Shown: piece by piece, positions 52,335 through 64,000 of the stretch
Layout of the letters: every line of letters begins with the position of its first letter
How positions within the stretch are numbered: the first letter of the stretch is position 1
NCBI GenBank assembly: GCA_051294375.1
Contig: CM119265.1
Location: 19,643,642-19,707,641 of the forward strand
Length of the DNA: 64,000 bases
Direction of reading: 5' to 3'
Origin: Paraspadella gotoi
Lineage: Eukaryota; Animalia; Chaetognatha
Position numbers and translations under genes: made by a program
Notes under the pieces: model-generated
What the model saw: only the letters and a program-made list of their open reading frames with translations
Told to the model about the DNA's origin: nothing
The model's database searches: none

Positions 52335-52577
52335 AGCCGCTTTTATTTATGATATGCATTTTTATCCTTATAGTTTTAGGATTTCCTGAAGGCGGCGCTA
52401 GCAGTCCCTTAGATTAGAGTTTTTCCTGTCTTAACAAATGAGCAACTAACTATACGCGATGATATGCGATTTTTAACGTAAGTGGAGGACCTACGGACAT
52501 ACATACCGACCGACAGACCTACCGAAAAGTAACTTATAAAGTTGCTCCGCGAATACTCGCGGCTCAACTAAAAAAAA
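52335..52577 (-). mobile_element. HINE/DINE-1-like non-autonomous Helentron-type element with intact terminal hairpin
   Basis: Terminal stem-loop agttg-ct-ccgcga-atac-tcgcgg-ct-caact (52540-52569) next to an A8 run (T-run on minus); GACC/GACA/CATA tetramers; internal gagcaact at ~52440 is inverted relative to agttgctc at 52540. Architecture matches DINE-1/HINE elements. Confidence 0.65.
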
Positions 52578-53124
52578 TTCTGTGAATGGACACGAAAAGT
52601 AGAAAAGGAGAAACCGTAGTACAACAGGGTAATAGTTTTAATTTAACTTTAAAGAGATGAAGTGAGAAATGTCTGAAACATACAAATTAAATATTCTATG
52701 TATATTTACATTATATTTAAGAATTTAGTCTTATGTAAACGAATGAAGCGAATGAGGCAGAGAAAGGAAGGCTAATACATGAAAAAAATTTAGAAAAATT
52801 CAGATGCCCTTTCAGGTTTCAAAGCATTGCAGTTTTTCATTTCAAGTTTGGCTTTTATTTTCGCGACCTCTAACAATAAGTCTGGCGCGTAACCATCGTC
52901 GTCATTTGTGAGCTTTTACCGCGTTGTAACGTCCTAGTAAAGAGCCCCACATAATCGTCATCAATCGTCGTCATCAGTGTCATCACCGTCGTTGTTCGTT
53001 CGTCCGTAATCGCGCCCGGTGGCGCCCTCAGTTCCCGCCGTTTTTACGCTCGAAAAAGACGAACGTAACGCGATTGGTGGAGCAGAAAATAAATCGTTGG
53101 TGGCGTCGGTGAAAACAGAGAGGG

Positions 53125-53465
53125 CGTTGACGACGACGATGATGATGACGATGATGAGACGCGATGACGAGATCCGGGACAATGCGGACCGTTTAACTGT
53201 GGCAAAAAGGACAAGGTAGGGAGACGTTTGGCGACGACGATGATGGATGACGATGATGAGACGATGACGAGATTCCGGGACAATTGCGACCGTTAACTGG
53301 TGGCAAAAGGAGGACAAGTAGAGCACGTTGGCGACGATGATGAAGACGATGACGACGATGATGAAGACGATGACGAGATCCGGACAATGGCGCCGTTAAC
53401 TGTGGCAAAAGGAGGACAAGGTAGGAGACGTTGGCGACGATGATGAAGACGATGATGACGATGAG
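53125..53465 (+). repeat. ~100-bp tandem repeat (about 3.3 units) with embedded GAT/GAC triplets
   Basis: gatgacgagatcc(g)ggacaat..gaccgttaactgtggcaaaagg..gacaaggtaggagacgttggcgacgatgatg occurs three times. Confidence 0.9.
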
Positions 53466-53815
53466 AAGGGAAAATGCGTCATGCTAAGAACATATAAGAC
53501 ATCAGATAAACAGGATGGTACGAAAAAAAAACTATGAAAAGGCACGTAAGTTATAAACGGAAGGAAATAATCGTTCTCAAGGTGAAAGACGAAAAAAGTT
53601 TTAATGAAAATAACAAGATGAAAAAGTCCCGAGACTATGTCCGTGAATCGTTTATTAAAAGAAAGTGTGAATTATGACAATAACTTTACCTTGGGAAAAT
53701 CGGGAGATGTAGTAATGGTTCGAAGGGTCGTTTTTTTGCACGGTAACGATTTCTTGGCGCAGTAAGATCAAACAAGAGAACAGTTGATTACGCACTGACT
53801 CTGAGGAGAGAGGAG

Positions 53816-53892
<77 letters not shown>

Positions 53893-54697
53893 TGCGAAGA
53901 AAGAAGAAGACTTTCGAGGGAAGACCTTCCGAATGCAGCTGTTATCATCCAGAGGTCGAAAAAGATGAAATATTTACGATTGCCAAAGGAAAAGCGGAGA
54001 AGAGAGAGAGAGAGAAGAGAGAGAGAGAGGAGAGAGAGACGAAAAAAGGAGAGAGAGGAAAATAAAAAGAGGATAATGACTAAAGAGATGAGAGAGGAGA
54101 AAGAGATAATTGATGGCTTTGCGCCCAAAAAAATTAGGGTTGTGAATTTGTTGTTGGATCGCGGCGGTGTGTGTTGACAGCTGAGAACAGACAGCGAGTT
54201 GAGGGGGTAAGGGTTTGTTCGAGGGTTTTCTTTTGGAGCGACGGAACCCGAGGGGGTCGCGGTTTTTAGAAAGCAAATTAGAGCCGAACACTGTTCGAGC
54301 AGAATATCGATTTTAAAAAGAGAGCGATGAGAGAGAGAGAGAATTCATTCCAGAGAGAGTTTATTAAGAAAGAGAATATCGAGTGGCGAATGAGTCATCA
54401 TATTTTATTTAATTTCTTTTTTTTTTCTTCAAGTCGAGCGAGACTGAATGTGTGATATGATGATATTTTAAAAATTAAAAAGTTTCCCCTCATAAAATGT
54501 TTAACAATTTCAAAAGAAAAAAAAGGAAATCCGAAACCGAGCGAAGAGAGATGTACCAGTCAGAACCTCGAAATTAATACGCACAGCGACAACGATGGCA
54601 AAATCTTCAATCCCTTCTAGTCTATCTGACCCTGTTAGAAGCCTCTTTGGTCAATCTTTTTCTGTTTAACTCNNNNNNNNNNNNNNNNNNNNNNNNN

Positions 54698-55109
54698 GCG
54701 TAATCACTGTTCTCTTGTTTGATCTTACTGGCGCCAGAGAATCGTTACCCGTCAGAAAACGACCCTTCGAAGCCATTATACATCTCCCGATGTTCCCAGA
54801 GGTAAAGTTATTGTCATAATTCACACTTTCTTTTAATAAACGATTCACGGACATAGTCTCGGGACTTTTTCATCTTGTTGTATTTTTCATTAAAAATACT
54901 TTTTTTCGTCGTTCACCATGAAACGATTATTTTGCCTTCCGTTTTTAACTTACGTGCTTTTCATAGTTTTTTTTTTCGTCAACAGTCTGTTATCTGATGT
55001 CTTTCATGTTCTTAGCATTGACGTCATTTTCCTTTCTCATCGTCGTCATCGTCGTCATCGTCTTCATCATCGTCGCCAACGTCTCCTACCTTGTCCTCCT
55101 TTTGCCACA
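54698..55109 (-). repeat. Small contig between two 25-N gaps: inverted copy of ~53400-53793
   Basis: gcgtaatcactgttctcttgtttgatcttactg...ttgtcctccttttgccaca is the reverse complement of part of segment B. Confidence 0.9.
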
Positions 55110-55194
55110 NNNNNNNNNNNNNNNNNNNNNNNNNTAATAGGGTGATGGTCTGGTCGGCATGGAGGGGTACTATGATCCGGGCTCTGATTCAGCC

Positions 55195-56824
55195 CGGGCC
55201 CCCCTTTTCCCGCACGCCGCACTCCAGCATCTTTTCCCACCACCCCCTTCTTTCCACTCACAACACCCGCTCGTCCGATCCATTCCACTATCGATCCATT
55301 CCCGCCACTATGCTTCTCCGGCCGTCGGCGAAATTTCATCTTTGTTTTTATGGATTCAAAATTTCCAACGAAATTCGATCTCAGGCAGACGATAATTATC
55401 CTTGTCTGAACATTTCATTTTCAAACAGTGCCTCTCTCTCTCTCTCTCCTCTCCTCATCTCTGATCTTCCTGCCTCTCTCCTCTCTCTATCTCTCTCTCT
55501 CTCTCTTTCTCTGTCTGCTGCTCTCTCTAGCTCGTCTTGTTTCCCAATATTTCAGTTTTCCTGCCTTATTTCCTTAATCTGCTGCCTCAGGAACCCAAGG
55601 CTTAATTTCACAAAAAAACTCTCTCTCTTGCTCTCTTGTCTCCGCCTCCTCTCGTCCCCCCTCCTCCTGTCTCCCTCTCTCCTCTCCTCCTCTCTCTCTA
55701 TTTCCCTCTCTCTCTGGCCCCTCTCTCCCCTTCTTCTCATCCCCCTCTTCCCTCCTTCTCCTGCCCCTTCCTCTCTCCCCCTCTCTCCCTCTCATCTCTT
55801 TCTCTCTTCATTCTTTCCCATCAAGCTGCGCTAAATGTGCATACCTCTCGGAATTTTCTTGGATTTGATTCGAGAGAATCCCTGACCCAATCAGAGGTCG
55901 ATCGGTTTCCTTCGAATCTCGTTTTTCTCACACGCCTTTAGTTGATTCACTCTCAACACGTGAATCTCGCCTCACAAATCCGCGTGTCTTCGTTGTCGCG
56001 CTTGAACAACTTTTGTCTCGAAGTCATTCGAGATTCCTTTTTCGTATTACTAAACATTGACTGATAAATCATCTTTCTGGCTTTTGTGATTCATTGGGTA
56101 TTTCGTAGTGAATTTTTTTTTTCAACTCTTCACTTTTCTTTTTCTTTAGATGTCTTATTGAAAATATTTGCATCAAGATAAATTTATTTGATTTAAGTTT
56201 ATCAATAATGTAGTTAAGACACTGAAAATTAAACTTTTTTTCGCTTTCCTTTTTCTCCCCCATTTCTCATATCTGAGATCCATTTCTCTCCCTATTATTC
56301 TTCTTACTATTCCCTCACCACAATCTTTTCCAACTGCCACCTTCTTCCTCCACCACCCCAGGTCCCACCCCTCTGGTCCACCTCTTTCCTTTCACACCCC
56401 TCTGTCAATCTCCCTCTTCTCCCCAGCCACCCCTTATGGGTCGTTCGCACAAAGACGCCTTTCTAAGACTTCACCGCTACCGGCGGCCTCAAACTCTTCG
56501 CAGTCGGATTTCGTCTCCTCGAGGCTAAAAGATCGAAAATCGTCGAAAAGGTTTTATGTGTTGCGGCAAGCGATGCGGCGTCGAAAAAGAGGCTGATGCA
56601 GCATTTTAGTTCGGCAGCGGGGCGGGCAGCGGGGGCGGCACGGGGCGGCAGCAGACGTGCATTTTTGCGTGCTGCATTCGGTCCGGAAAAAGTGAATGGA
56701 AAGGGAAATCTGAAACTGCGCGGGGAATTTAACCGTTGGGCCACCAACTCTCTCTCTCTCCTCTCCCTCTCTCTCGTCCTTCATCTCTCTCTCTCTCTCT
56801 CTCTCTCTCATCTCTCTCTCGTCG

Positions 56825-56855
<31 letters not shown>

Positions 56856-59772
56856 CCGTAACCTTCATTCACACCCAGCCCCGCCATATTGATCTATCTT
56901 TTGAACTCTTCTCAATATCTCGCGCCATCGTTCTTTTCCTTCTCTTTTCCCAAAATTGATCCGCAATAAATTTTTCGCGTTACAGAAAATAAAAGTTTAG
57001 GACATCCAGTAATTTCGGCAACTTTTAAAGACATTTATTGGGCATTTTTTCCTTTTCCTGCGCTTATACAAAACTTGCAAGTTGTTTACTAAAACTCGAA
57101 GTTTTAAATGAAGTAATTTCGACATAACATGACAGTCTTTAATTTGGCGATCATTTTCTTATCCTCAGATTTCGTGAAAATGATGAAACAGAAGAAAACA
57201 AAGTTTTTTTTTAAAAACAAAAACCAAAAACAAAGGCAAAATAAATTGTGAATTCAAGAAAAAAATTAAAACTAAAAAGTGAAAAAACATACATAATGAA
57301 TCATGAAATGCTGGAGAACCGCGTGTATCTTCAATAAAAACATTTAGTACAAAATTTCGTTTTAACGAAATATAAATGGAACAAACATTGGTTTGGTTTC
57401 CTTTGTTCACGTAGGCGTCCTAACCTGATTCAATGACGTATTTATTCCGCCATGATCACAAAAAGTCTTGGTTTCAACGTGAGTTTGTATAAAATGGCAA
57501 TGATTATGAATTTAATCTGTTCGTTGTCCTAAAGTTCGCGCCGCAGGCCATCTTTGAAATTCGACAACAATAAACAACAACGAATTTCCCCAACCAAACG
57601 CGAGTGAATATCGTTTCGTTTAATCGTCGTCGTCGTCGTCGTCGTCGTCGTCCGTCGTGGATTTTTCAATCCATTCCGCCCGCCGTCGTCTGTGAAATTG
57701 AGTCGGACTCATTTTCCCGAATGGTGGACGGTCGGTCGTTTACGGGCCGGTCCGTCATCGTCGTCATCGTCGTCGTCGTCATCGTCCGATGTCGTTCTGC
57801 CGTACCATTCTCTATCTTAGATCGTCGACGTTGTCGTCAAAAAATCGTCGTCGTCATCATGAGATCTTCGCATATTTGGATTGTTTATTGTGATTTTCCA
57901 CTGCGACGGTCGTTGTTCTCCCATTGTTGATCCTCATAATACGCCTAATGATTGTTATTTATATCTATTTTTGATTGTTGTTGTCGTCATCATCATCGTT
58001 CTCCGCTCGGCCATTGTTGATCGTCCCTCGTGAGGTCGTCGTCGTCGTCGTTGTCCGTCCTCCTTTTTTTGATCTTCATACTCGTCGTCCGTTCGTCGTC
58101 GTCGCCGTCGTCGCCGTCATCGGCGAATTCGTGAAATAATCGAGGCGGTTCACCGAAAAAAGCTCCATCAATCGGAAAAAGAAGTCACGTGAAAGAATCA
58201 AAAGCCTGACGAGGGAGGGTGAGGGTTGGGTGAGGAAAAGGTAAGGAAGGAAGGGTGGGTGGGGGGAGATCCGCAAAGGGGGCGAAAATGAGGGAAAGGA
58301 GTAAGTTTTGATGCGGGGGCGGGGAAGTAGGGCGGTATCATGGAACCAAAGAGGATATGAACATGCAAAGGTTAAGAAATGACCGAACAGAGTGAATTTC
58401 GGAATTGAATTCGTGAATTAATATGTGGAAATTGTGAATTCGGAATTAATGTGCGAAGGTTAAATATAAGAGAAAGAGAAAATTTCCATTTTTAATTTAT
58501 GTTGGCATTCCAACAAAATCTCCCTTCAAATGCGCATCTGATTTTTCCCTCGTTAAAAAAAATAAAGACGGAAAGAATATAGGCGAAGAAAAGAAAGAAA
58601 AATATTGACTTTACTTCCGGAAAAATGAATCCCGTTTTATTTACTACCTCGACTCCGTTTCCTTACCGCATCATATACTCATGAGTCTCCGGTTCCCTTT
58701 ACCTCCGCCGCGCCGCGCAAATAACCCGGTTAAAGTCGACGTCTTCTTAGGCCGATCGGGGGTGGAGGGCGGAGGGCGGGGGCGAGTGGGTGGAACTGTA
58801 TATGTATATATTTTCCGTCTTCGTTGTCAACATTAATCATCGAGCCGGGAGTTTTTTTTTTAAGAATAAACGTTGGCGGTCGTGAGAGGGAAGATTAGAA
58901 AGAAGAGAATGATAAAAAAACAAGAAAGATTTTTTTTGTTGAAGACTGATTTTACTGATTTAACTGATTTAGCCTGATTTATTTTATATCATTGTCAGTT
59001 GTATATTTCTTCACTTTTGCCACTTTATTTTTCTATGGAAAATCGGCTTTCAATTTCTTTTCTCATTGAAAAAATTTTTCGTCAAACAGACACTAACCTA
59101 GCATATTATACTTCTTCCATGTATATAACAGACAGACGGGACCGACCGAGAAAGCGTCGTATCCAAGTCACGGAAAACGTCTTTTTATTTTTCTTCCCTC
59201 TTCTTCTTATTTTTTTCCACGAACCTCTCCTTTCTTCTCTCCTTCTTTATTTCCTTCTTGCCCGTCTTCGATGTTAATTGGGAAACTTTGCGCTTCCGAG
59301 GCTTTCCCTCTCTTTCCATTCTCTCCCTCTTCGTCGAAGTCAGACGCTACTCCTGGTCGGGATGATGGTGATTGATGATCGCCTTGCGTAGATGTCAGGA
59401 AAAGTAGGAGGGGGAGTAGGAGGAGAAGGTGGAGAAGAGGAGGTGAGGCTCGCCACGGCGAGAGAGAGAGGCAAACAAAAGAAAAGTGAAGGCGCCGCTG
59501 AGATCAACGATTCACATTCATGCACTTATCTTTTCTTTCTCGCGTTTTTCGCTTCGTTAAGATCAGAGAACTTACTTTTCTTGAAATTGTTGCGCTCGAT
59601 TTGGGTAAGGCTTGTTTTAATTTTTTGCACTCGTCGGGGGTTTGCAGGGGGTTTGTAGTTGCTGCAGTCAATCATATCATTGAAATTTGAGAATAGGAAA
59701 GTAAAACGTTAATAACAAACGTTGAATAAGAAAACTATAACAAGTTTTAAAAATGATCAGAATCAGTCTAAA
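55195..59772 (+). repeat. Segment A, copy 2 (insertion-rich, about 12% longer)
   Basis: Colinear with 46860-50928; pervasive 1-2-base insertions (aatggtggacgtcgtagtcg vs aatggtggacggtcggtcg). Confidence 0.95.
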
Positions 59773-59999
59773 ACGAGTTAAAAGAGAAAAAAGAATTGAC
59801 CAAAGAGGCTTTAACATGGGGTCAGATGTAACTAGAAGGGATTGAGATTTTTGGCCATCGTTGTCCGCTGTGCGTATTAATTTCGAGGTGTTCTGACTGG
59901 TAACATCTCTCTTAATCCCGCTCGGTTTTCGGATTTTCCTTTTTTTTTCTTTTTGAAATTTGTTTAAACATTTTATGAGGGGGATAACTTTAATTTTTA

Positions 60000-62900
60000 T
60001 ATCATCAATATGCACATTTCAGTCTCGCTCGACTTGAAGAAAAAAAAAAGAAATTAAATAAAATATGATGACTCATTCGCCAATCGATATTCTCTTTCTT
60101 AATAAAACTCTCTCTGGAATGAATTCTCTCTCTCTCTTTCGCTTTCATTGTCTCAAATGACTTTCCGTTCTTTATTAATATAATCGATGATTCGTGGACG
60201 GGGTCTCGGAAACGGTGTTCGGGCTTAATTTTTGCTTTCTAAAAACCCGCGGACCACCCTCGGGTTCTCGTGCTCCAAAAGAAAACCCTCGAACAAAACC
60301 CTTACGCCCTCAACTCGCTGTCTGTTCTCACAGCTGTCAACACACTAACAAGCCGCTCGCGATGCGAATCAACTAAATTTCTACAAGATCCCTAATTTTT
60401 TTGGGCGCAAAGCTGCATCATTACTCTTTCTCTCCCGTCCTTCTCTCGATCTCGTCTCGTCTTCTGTCTCTCACTCTGCTCTCTTCTCTCTCGCTCTCTC
60501 GTCTCTCTCGTCATCTCTCTTCGTCGTCTCTCTCTCTCTCTCGCATCTTCTCATCCTTCTTGGCCAATCGTAAATATTTTTCATATTTTTTCGAACTCTG
60601 GATGATAACAGCTGCAATTCGAAGGTCTTTCCCTCAGGAAAGTCTTTCTTCTTTCTTCTGAGAACTATCCTCTCTCCTCCTCTCTCTTCCACCTCTCTCT
60701 TCTCCTCTCTCTCGTACTCTCTCTCTCGTCTCTCCTCTCTTCTGCCTTCTACCGCTCATCTCTCGTCTCTCCTCTCTCTCTCTCTCTCTCTAGAGTCAGT
60801 GACGTAATATCAACTGTTCTCGATTGTTTGATCTTAACTGGCGTGCCCAGAGATATCGTTATATGCGTCGCGAGCCCAGATGATACGAACCGCCGACTAT
60901 GTTTCGGATGCGCTAAGAAATGTAATAAAATACTTCTTGGACTGAGATGCATCGGTCGTTCACGCACGCCTCGGCTTATCAGCCCGAGTCAGAGGTAAAG
61001 TTATTGTTCCATAATTCAACTTTTCTTTTAATAAAACGATTCACGGAACATAGTCTGCCGGATCTTTTTCACCTTGTTGTATTTTTTCATTAAAATACCT
61101 TTTTTTTCTGTCTTTCAACCGTTGGAGAACGTTATTTTCCTTCGCGTTTTGTAAACTTACGTGCCTTTTCATAGTTTGTTTTTTTCGTCATACAGTTCTG
61201 TTTATACTGATGTCTTTCATGTTCTTAGCATGACGCAGTCATTTTCCCTTGCTCATCGTGCATCATCGTGCCTTCATCATCGGTCGCCACGTCTCTACGT
61301 TTGCATACCTTTTGCACAGTTAACGGTCGCGCATTGTCCGGATCTCGTCAGTCGGTCCTTCATTCATCGTCCGTCATCGTCTTCATCATCGTCGCCACGG
61401 TCCTCCTATCCTTGTCCTCCTTTTGCACTACAGTTAACGGTCGCATTGGTCCCGCGAGATCCTCGTCATCGTCTATCAATCATCGTCATCATCATCCAGT
61501 CGTTCGCCAAACGTCTCCCTACCTTGTCCTTCTCGTTTTGCCACAGTTAACGGTCCGCAATTGTCGTCTTCGGATCTCGTTCATCCGTCTTCCATCACAT
61601 CGTCATCGAATCATCGTGTCGTACCCGTCACTGCCTTCTTTGTTTTTCACCGCGAAGCCTACGCCCAACGATTTAATTTTCTGCTCACATTCCAATCGCG
61701 TTAACGTTTCGTCTTTTTCGAAGCGGTAAAAAACGGCGGGAACTGAGGGCTTGCACCGGGCGCGATTAATATCGGCGACGAACGGGACGCATACGACGTT
61801 GATGACACTGATGGAGACGATCTGATGACGATTTATGTGGTGGCTTCTTTACTTTAGGTAACGTTACATATCGCTGCGGGGTTTCCTTAATAATGACATT
61901 GTACTCACAAATCGACGGTACGATGTTACGGGGATCGCCAGACTTTATTGTTAGACGGTCGCGAAAATTAAAAGCAACTGATCTTGGAAACTGCCAATGG
62001 CTTTGACTGAAAGGGCAGTCTGAGACTTTTTTCTAATTTTTCCATGTATTATGCTCTTAGCCTTTCTACTGCCTGCTATCGTTCAAAATTCCAGTTTACA
62101 ATTAAGAACTAAATTCTATAAAATAATGTAAATTATAGGACATAGATATTTTAATTTGTGATGTGTTTCAGTACGATTTCTCACTTCATCTCGTTTTAGA
62201 AGTTTAAATAAAACTATTACCTGCTTGTAGCACTACGGTGTTCTCCTTTTCTAACTATTTCGTTCGTTCATGCTACACAGAGTTTTTTTAGTTTAGAGGA
62301 CGAGTGTCCGCCAGTTATTCGGCGGAGGCAACTTTACCATAAGTTACTTATTCGGTAGGTTTTCTGTCGGTCGGTATGGTTATGTTCCGTAGGTCTTTCC
62401 CACTTACGTTAAAAATGCATATCATCCGCCTATAGTTAGTTGCTCATTTGTTAAGACAGAAAAAAATTCTAATCTAAGGGACTGCTAGCGCCGCCTTCAG
62501 GAAATCCTATAACTATAAGGAATAAAAGATGCATATCATAAATAAAAGGGCTAAGAAAGTTTTTTACTCATATCGTGTCATGTCATATCATATGATCAAA
62601 GGAATATATATGTTAAAATAAAATCACTACGGCGCAACACATTGGAATCACCATTCTTGTTTTTATTTTTTTTAAAGCGGGCGTCTGGTTAAAATTCGAA
62701 CCCTTTTGTTTTTCTCCGACGTCGGTTGTGTTTATTTTTTCGATTCCAAACAATTTTTCCTTCTTTTTTTTTGAAAGCCAATATAAGAAAAAAAAATTTG
62801 AAAACAAATTTATAGTTGACTTTTTGTTTTTGGTTTGAAACGATTTTGATTTATGAGTTGGTCTGCGGACGACGTTTGTTTTGAAATTGGCGCTAAAATG

Positions 62901-63162
62901 AATAGCGTTTTAATGGACTCCATTCGAAGCTTCTAAATTTACTGAGATTTGAACGACCGACAAAAACAAGCTCAAATAATGAACATGATATTTTTGTGGG
63001 AGTTATTACTACAGTTTTTAACCGATTGTAGGCGATTTTAAAACATTTACAAATTACAAGTAAAAAATGAATTAAAAACTGCCTAACATTCAACGCCACG
63101 CTTTTTTTTCTTTAATTCCCGGGCAAAGGTTTCAAATTCCTCTTTTACTTTTGCCACTAAAC
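60000..63162 (-). repeat. Segment B, inverted noisy copy
   Basis: Reverse complement of 51740-54468, including the HINE-like element (~62283-62545) and the 100-bp tandem repeat. Confidence 0.95.
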
Positions 63163-63163
63163 T

Positions 63164-64000
63164 CCCAAGGCTTAAATTTCAAACTCTCTCTCCTCTCTCT
63201 GCTCTCTCTCTCTCTCTTCTTCTCTCTCTCTCTCTCTCTCCTCTCAATCAAGCTGCGCTAATGTCATCCTCGAATTTTCTTGATTTGATCGAAGAATCCT
63301 GCCCCAAACCAGAGTCGATCGAGTTTCCTTTCGAATCTCGGTTTTTCTCACACCCTTTAGTGATTCACTCCACACGCTGAATCTCGCCCTCACATCCGCG
63401 TGTCTTTTCGTTTGTCGCGCGACAACCCGAAGTCATCGAGATTCCTTCCGATACAAACATGACTGAAACACTCTGGCTTGTTGTGATTCATGGTAAAACT
63501 GATGAATTTTTTTTACCTTTTCACCTTTCTTTTTCTTAAATGTCTATTTGAAAATGCATCAGAATTATTGATAAGTTACAATAATGAGTTATGACACTGA
63601 AAAATTACTTTTTCCCTTTTCCCCATTTCACCGACCATTTTCCCTCATTATTCTTTCCTTAACTTCCCTCACCACATCTTTTCCAAAACTCCACCTTTCT
63701 CCTCCACCACCAGGTCCACCCCTCGTCCAGGCCTCTTTCCTTCACCACCTTCTTGTCAATCTCCTCTTCCCAGCCCACCTTCATCGTCCACAAAAAAGAC
63801 GCCTTCAGACTTCGAACCACCGGCGCCTCAAAACTCTCGTGATCGTCCTCGAGCTAAAAGTCGAGCGTCCGAAGGTTAGTGTGCGGCAGCCGATGCGGCG
63901 TCCCGAAAAAGAGGCGATGCAGCATTTTAAGTTCGCACGGGCCGCAAGCGGGCGCAGCCGGGGCCCGCCAGCCCAGAGTGATGCGCTGCAATCGTCGGAA
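63164..64000 (+). repeat. Segment A, third partial copy (from ~47213), running off the window
   Basis: cccaaggcttaaatttc...tcaagctgcgctaatg...gaaaaagaggcgatgcagcattt...cgtcggaa matches ~47213-48108. Confidence 0.9.

Larger units (their letters stand above)
51740..54468 (+). repeat. Segment B, copy 1 (inverted copy at 60000-63162)
   Basis: ttagtggcaaaagtaaaag...ttcaagtcgagcgagactgaatgtg is mirrored by cacatttcagtctcgctcgacttgaa...cttttacttttgccactaa. Confidence 0.95.

Overview
Eukaryotic, probably invertebrate animal, draft scaffold that is almost entirely intronic or intergenic; the taxon cannot be determined from the sequence. It is saturated with microsatellites ((AG)n/(CT)n, (ACG)n, (GAAA)n, (CATT)n) and broken by many N gaps. 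No complete protein-coding gene, RNA gene, CRISPR array or prokaryotic operon is recognisable, and nearly all supplied ORFs are translations of simple repeats or N runs. The main large-scale structures are kilobase direct and inverted duplications: 1-715 = 9628-10350; fold-back 23854-25530 / 25645-27610; 46860-50928 = 55195-59772 = partial 63164-64000; 51740-54468 inverted at 60000-63162. One copy of each is full of 1-2 bp indels, and four gaps are exactly 25 N, which points to raw long-read gap filling and/or amplification chimeras rather than biology. Plausibly real elements are a 168-bp MITE-like element with 58-bp TIRs, a Helentron/DINE-1-like (HINE) family, a multi-copy 325-bp unit with faint LINE reverse-transcriptase motifs, a possible decayed LINE with a 3' stem-loop and TA tail, several minisatellites, and a candidate promoter with a few candidate minus-strand exons. 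I found no well-supported novel biological system. The leads below are hypotheses that need read-level and RNA-seq checks.
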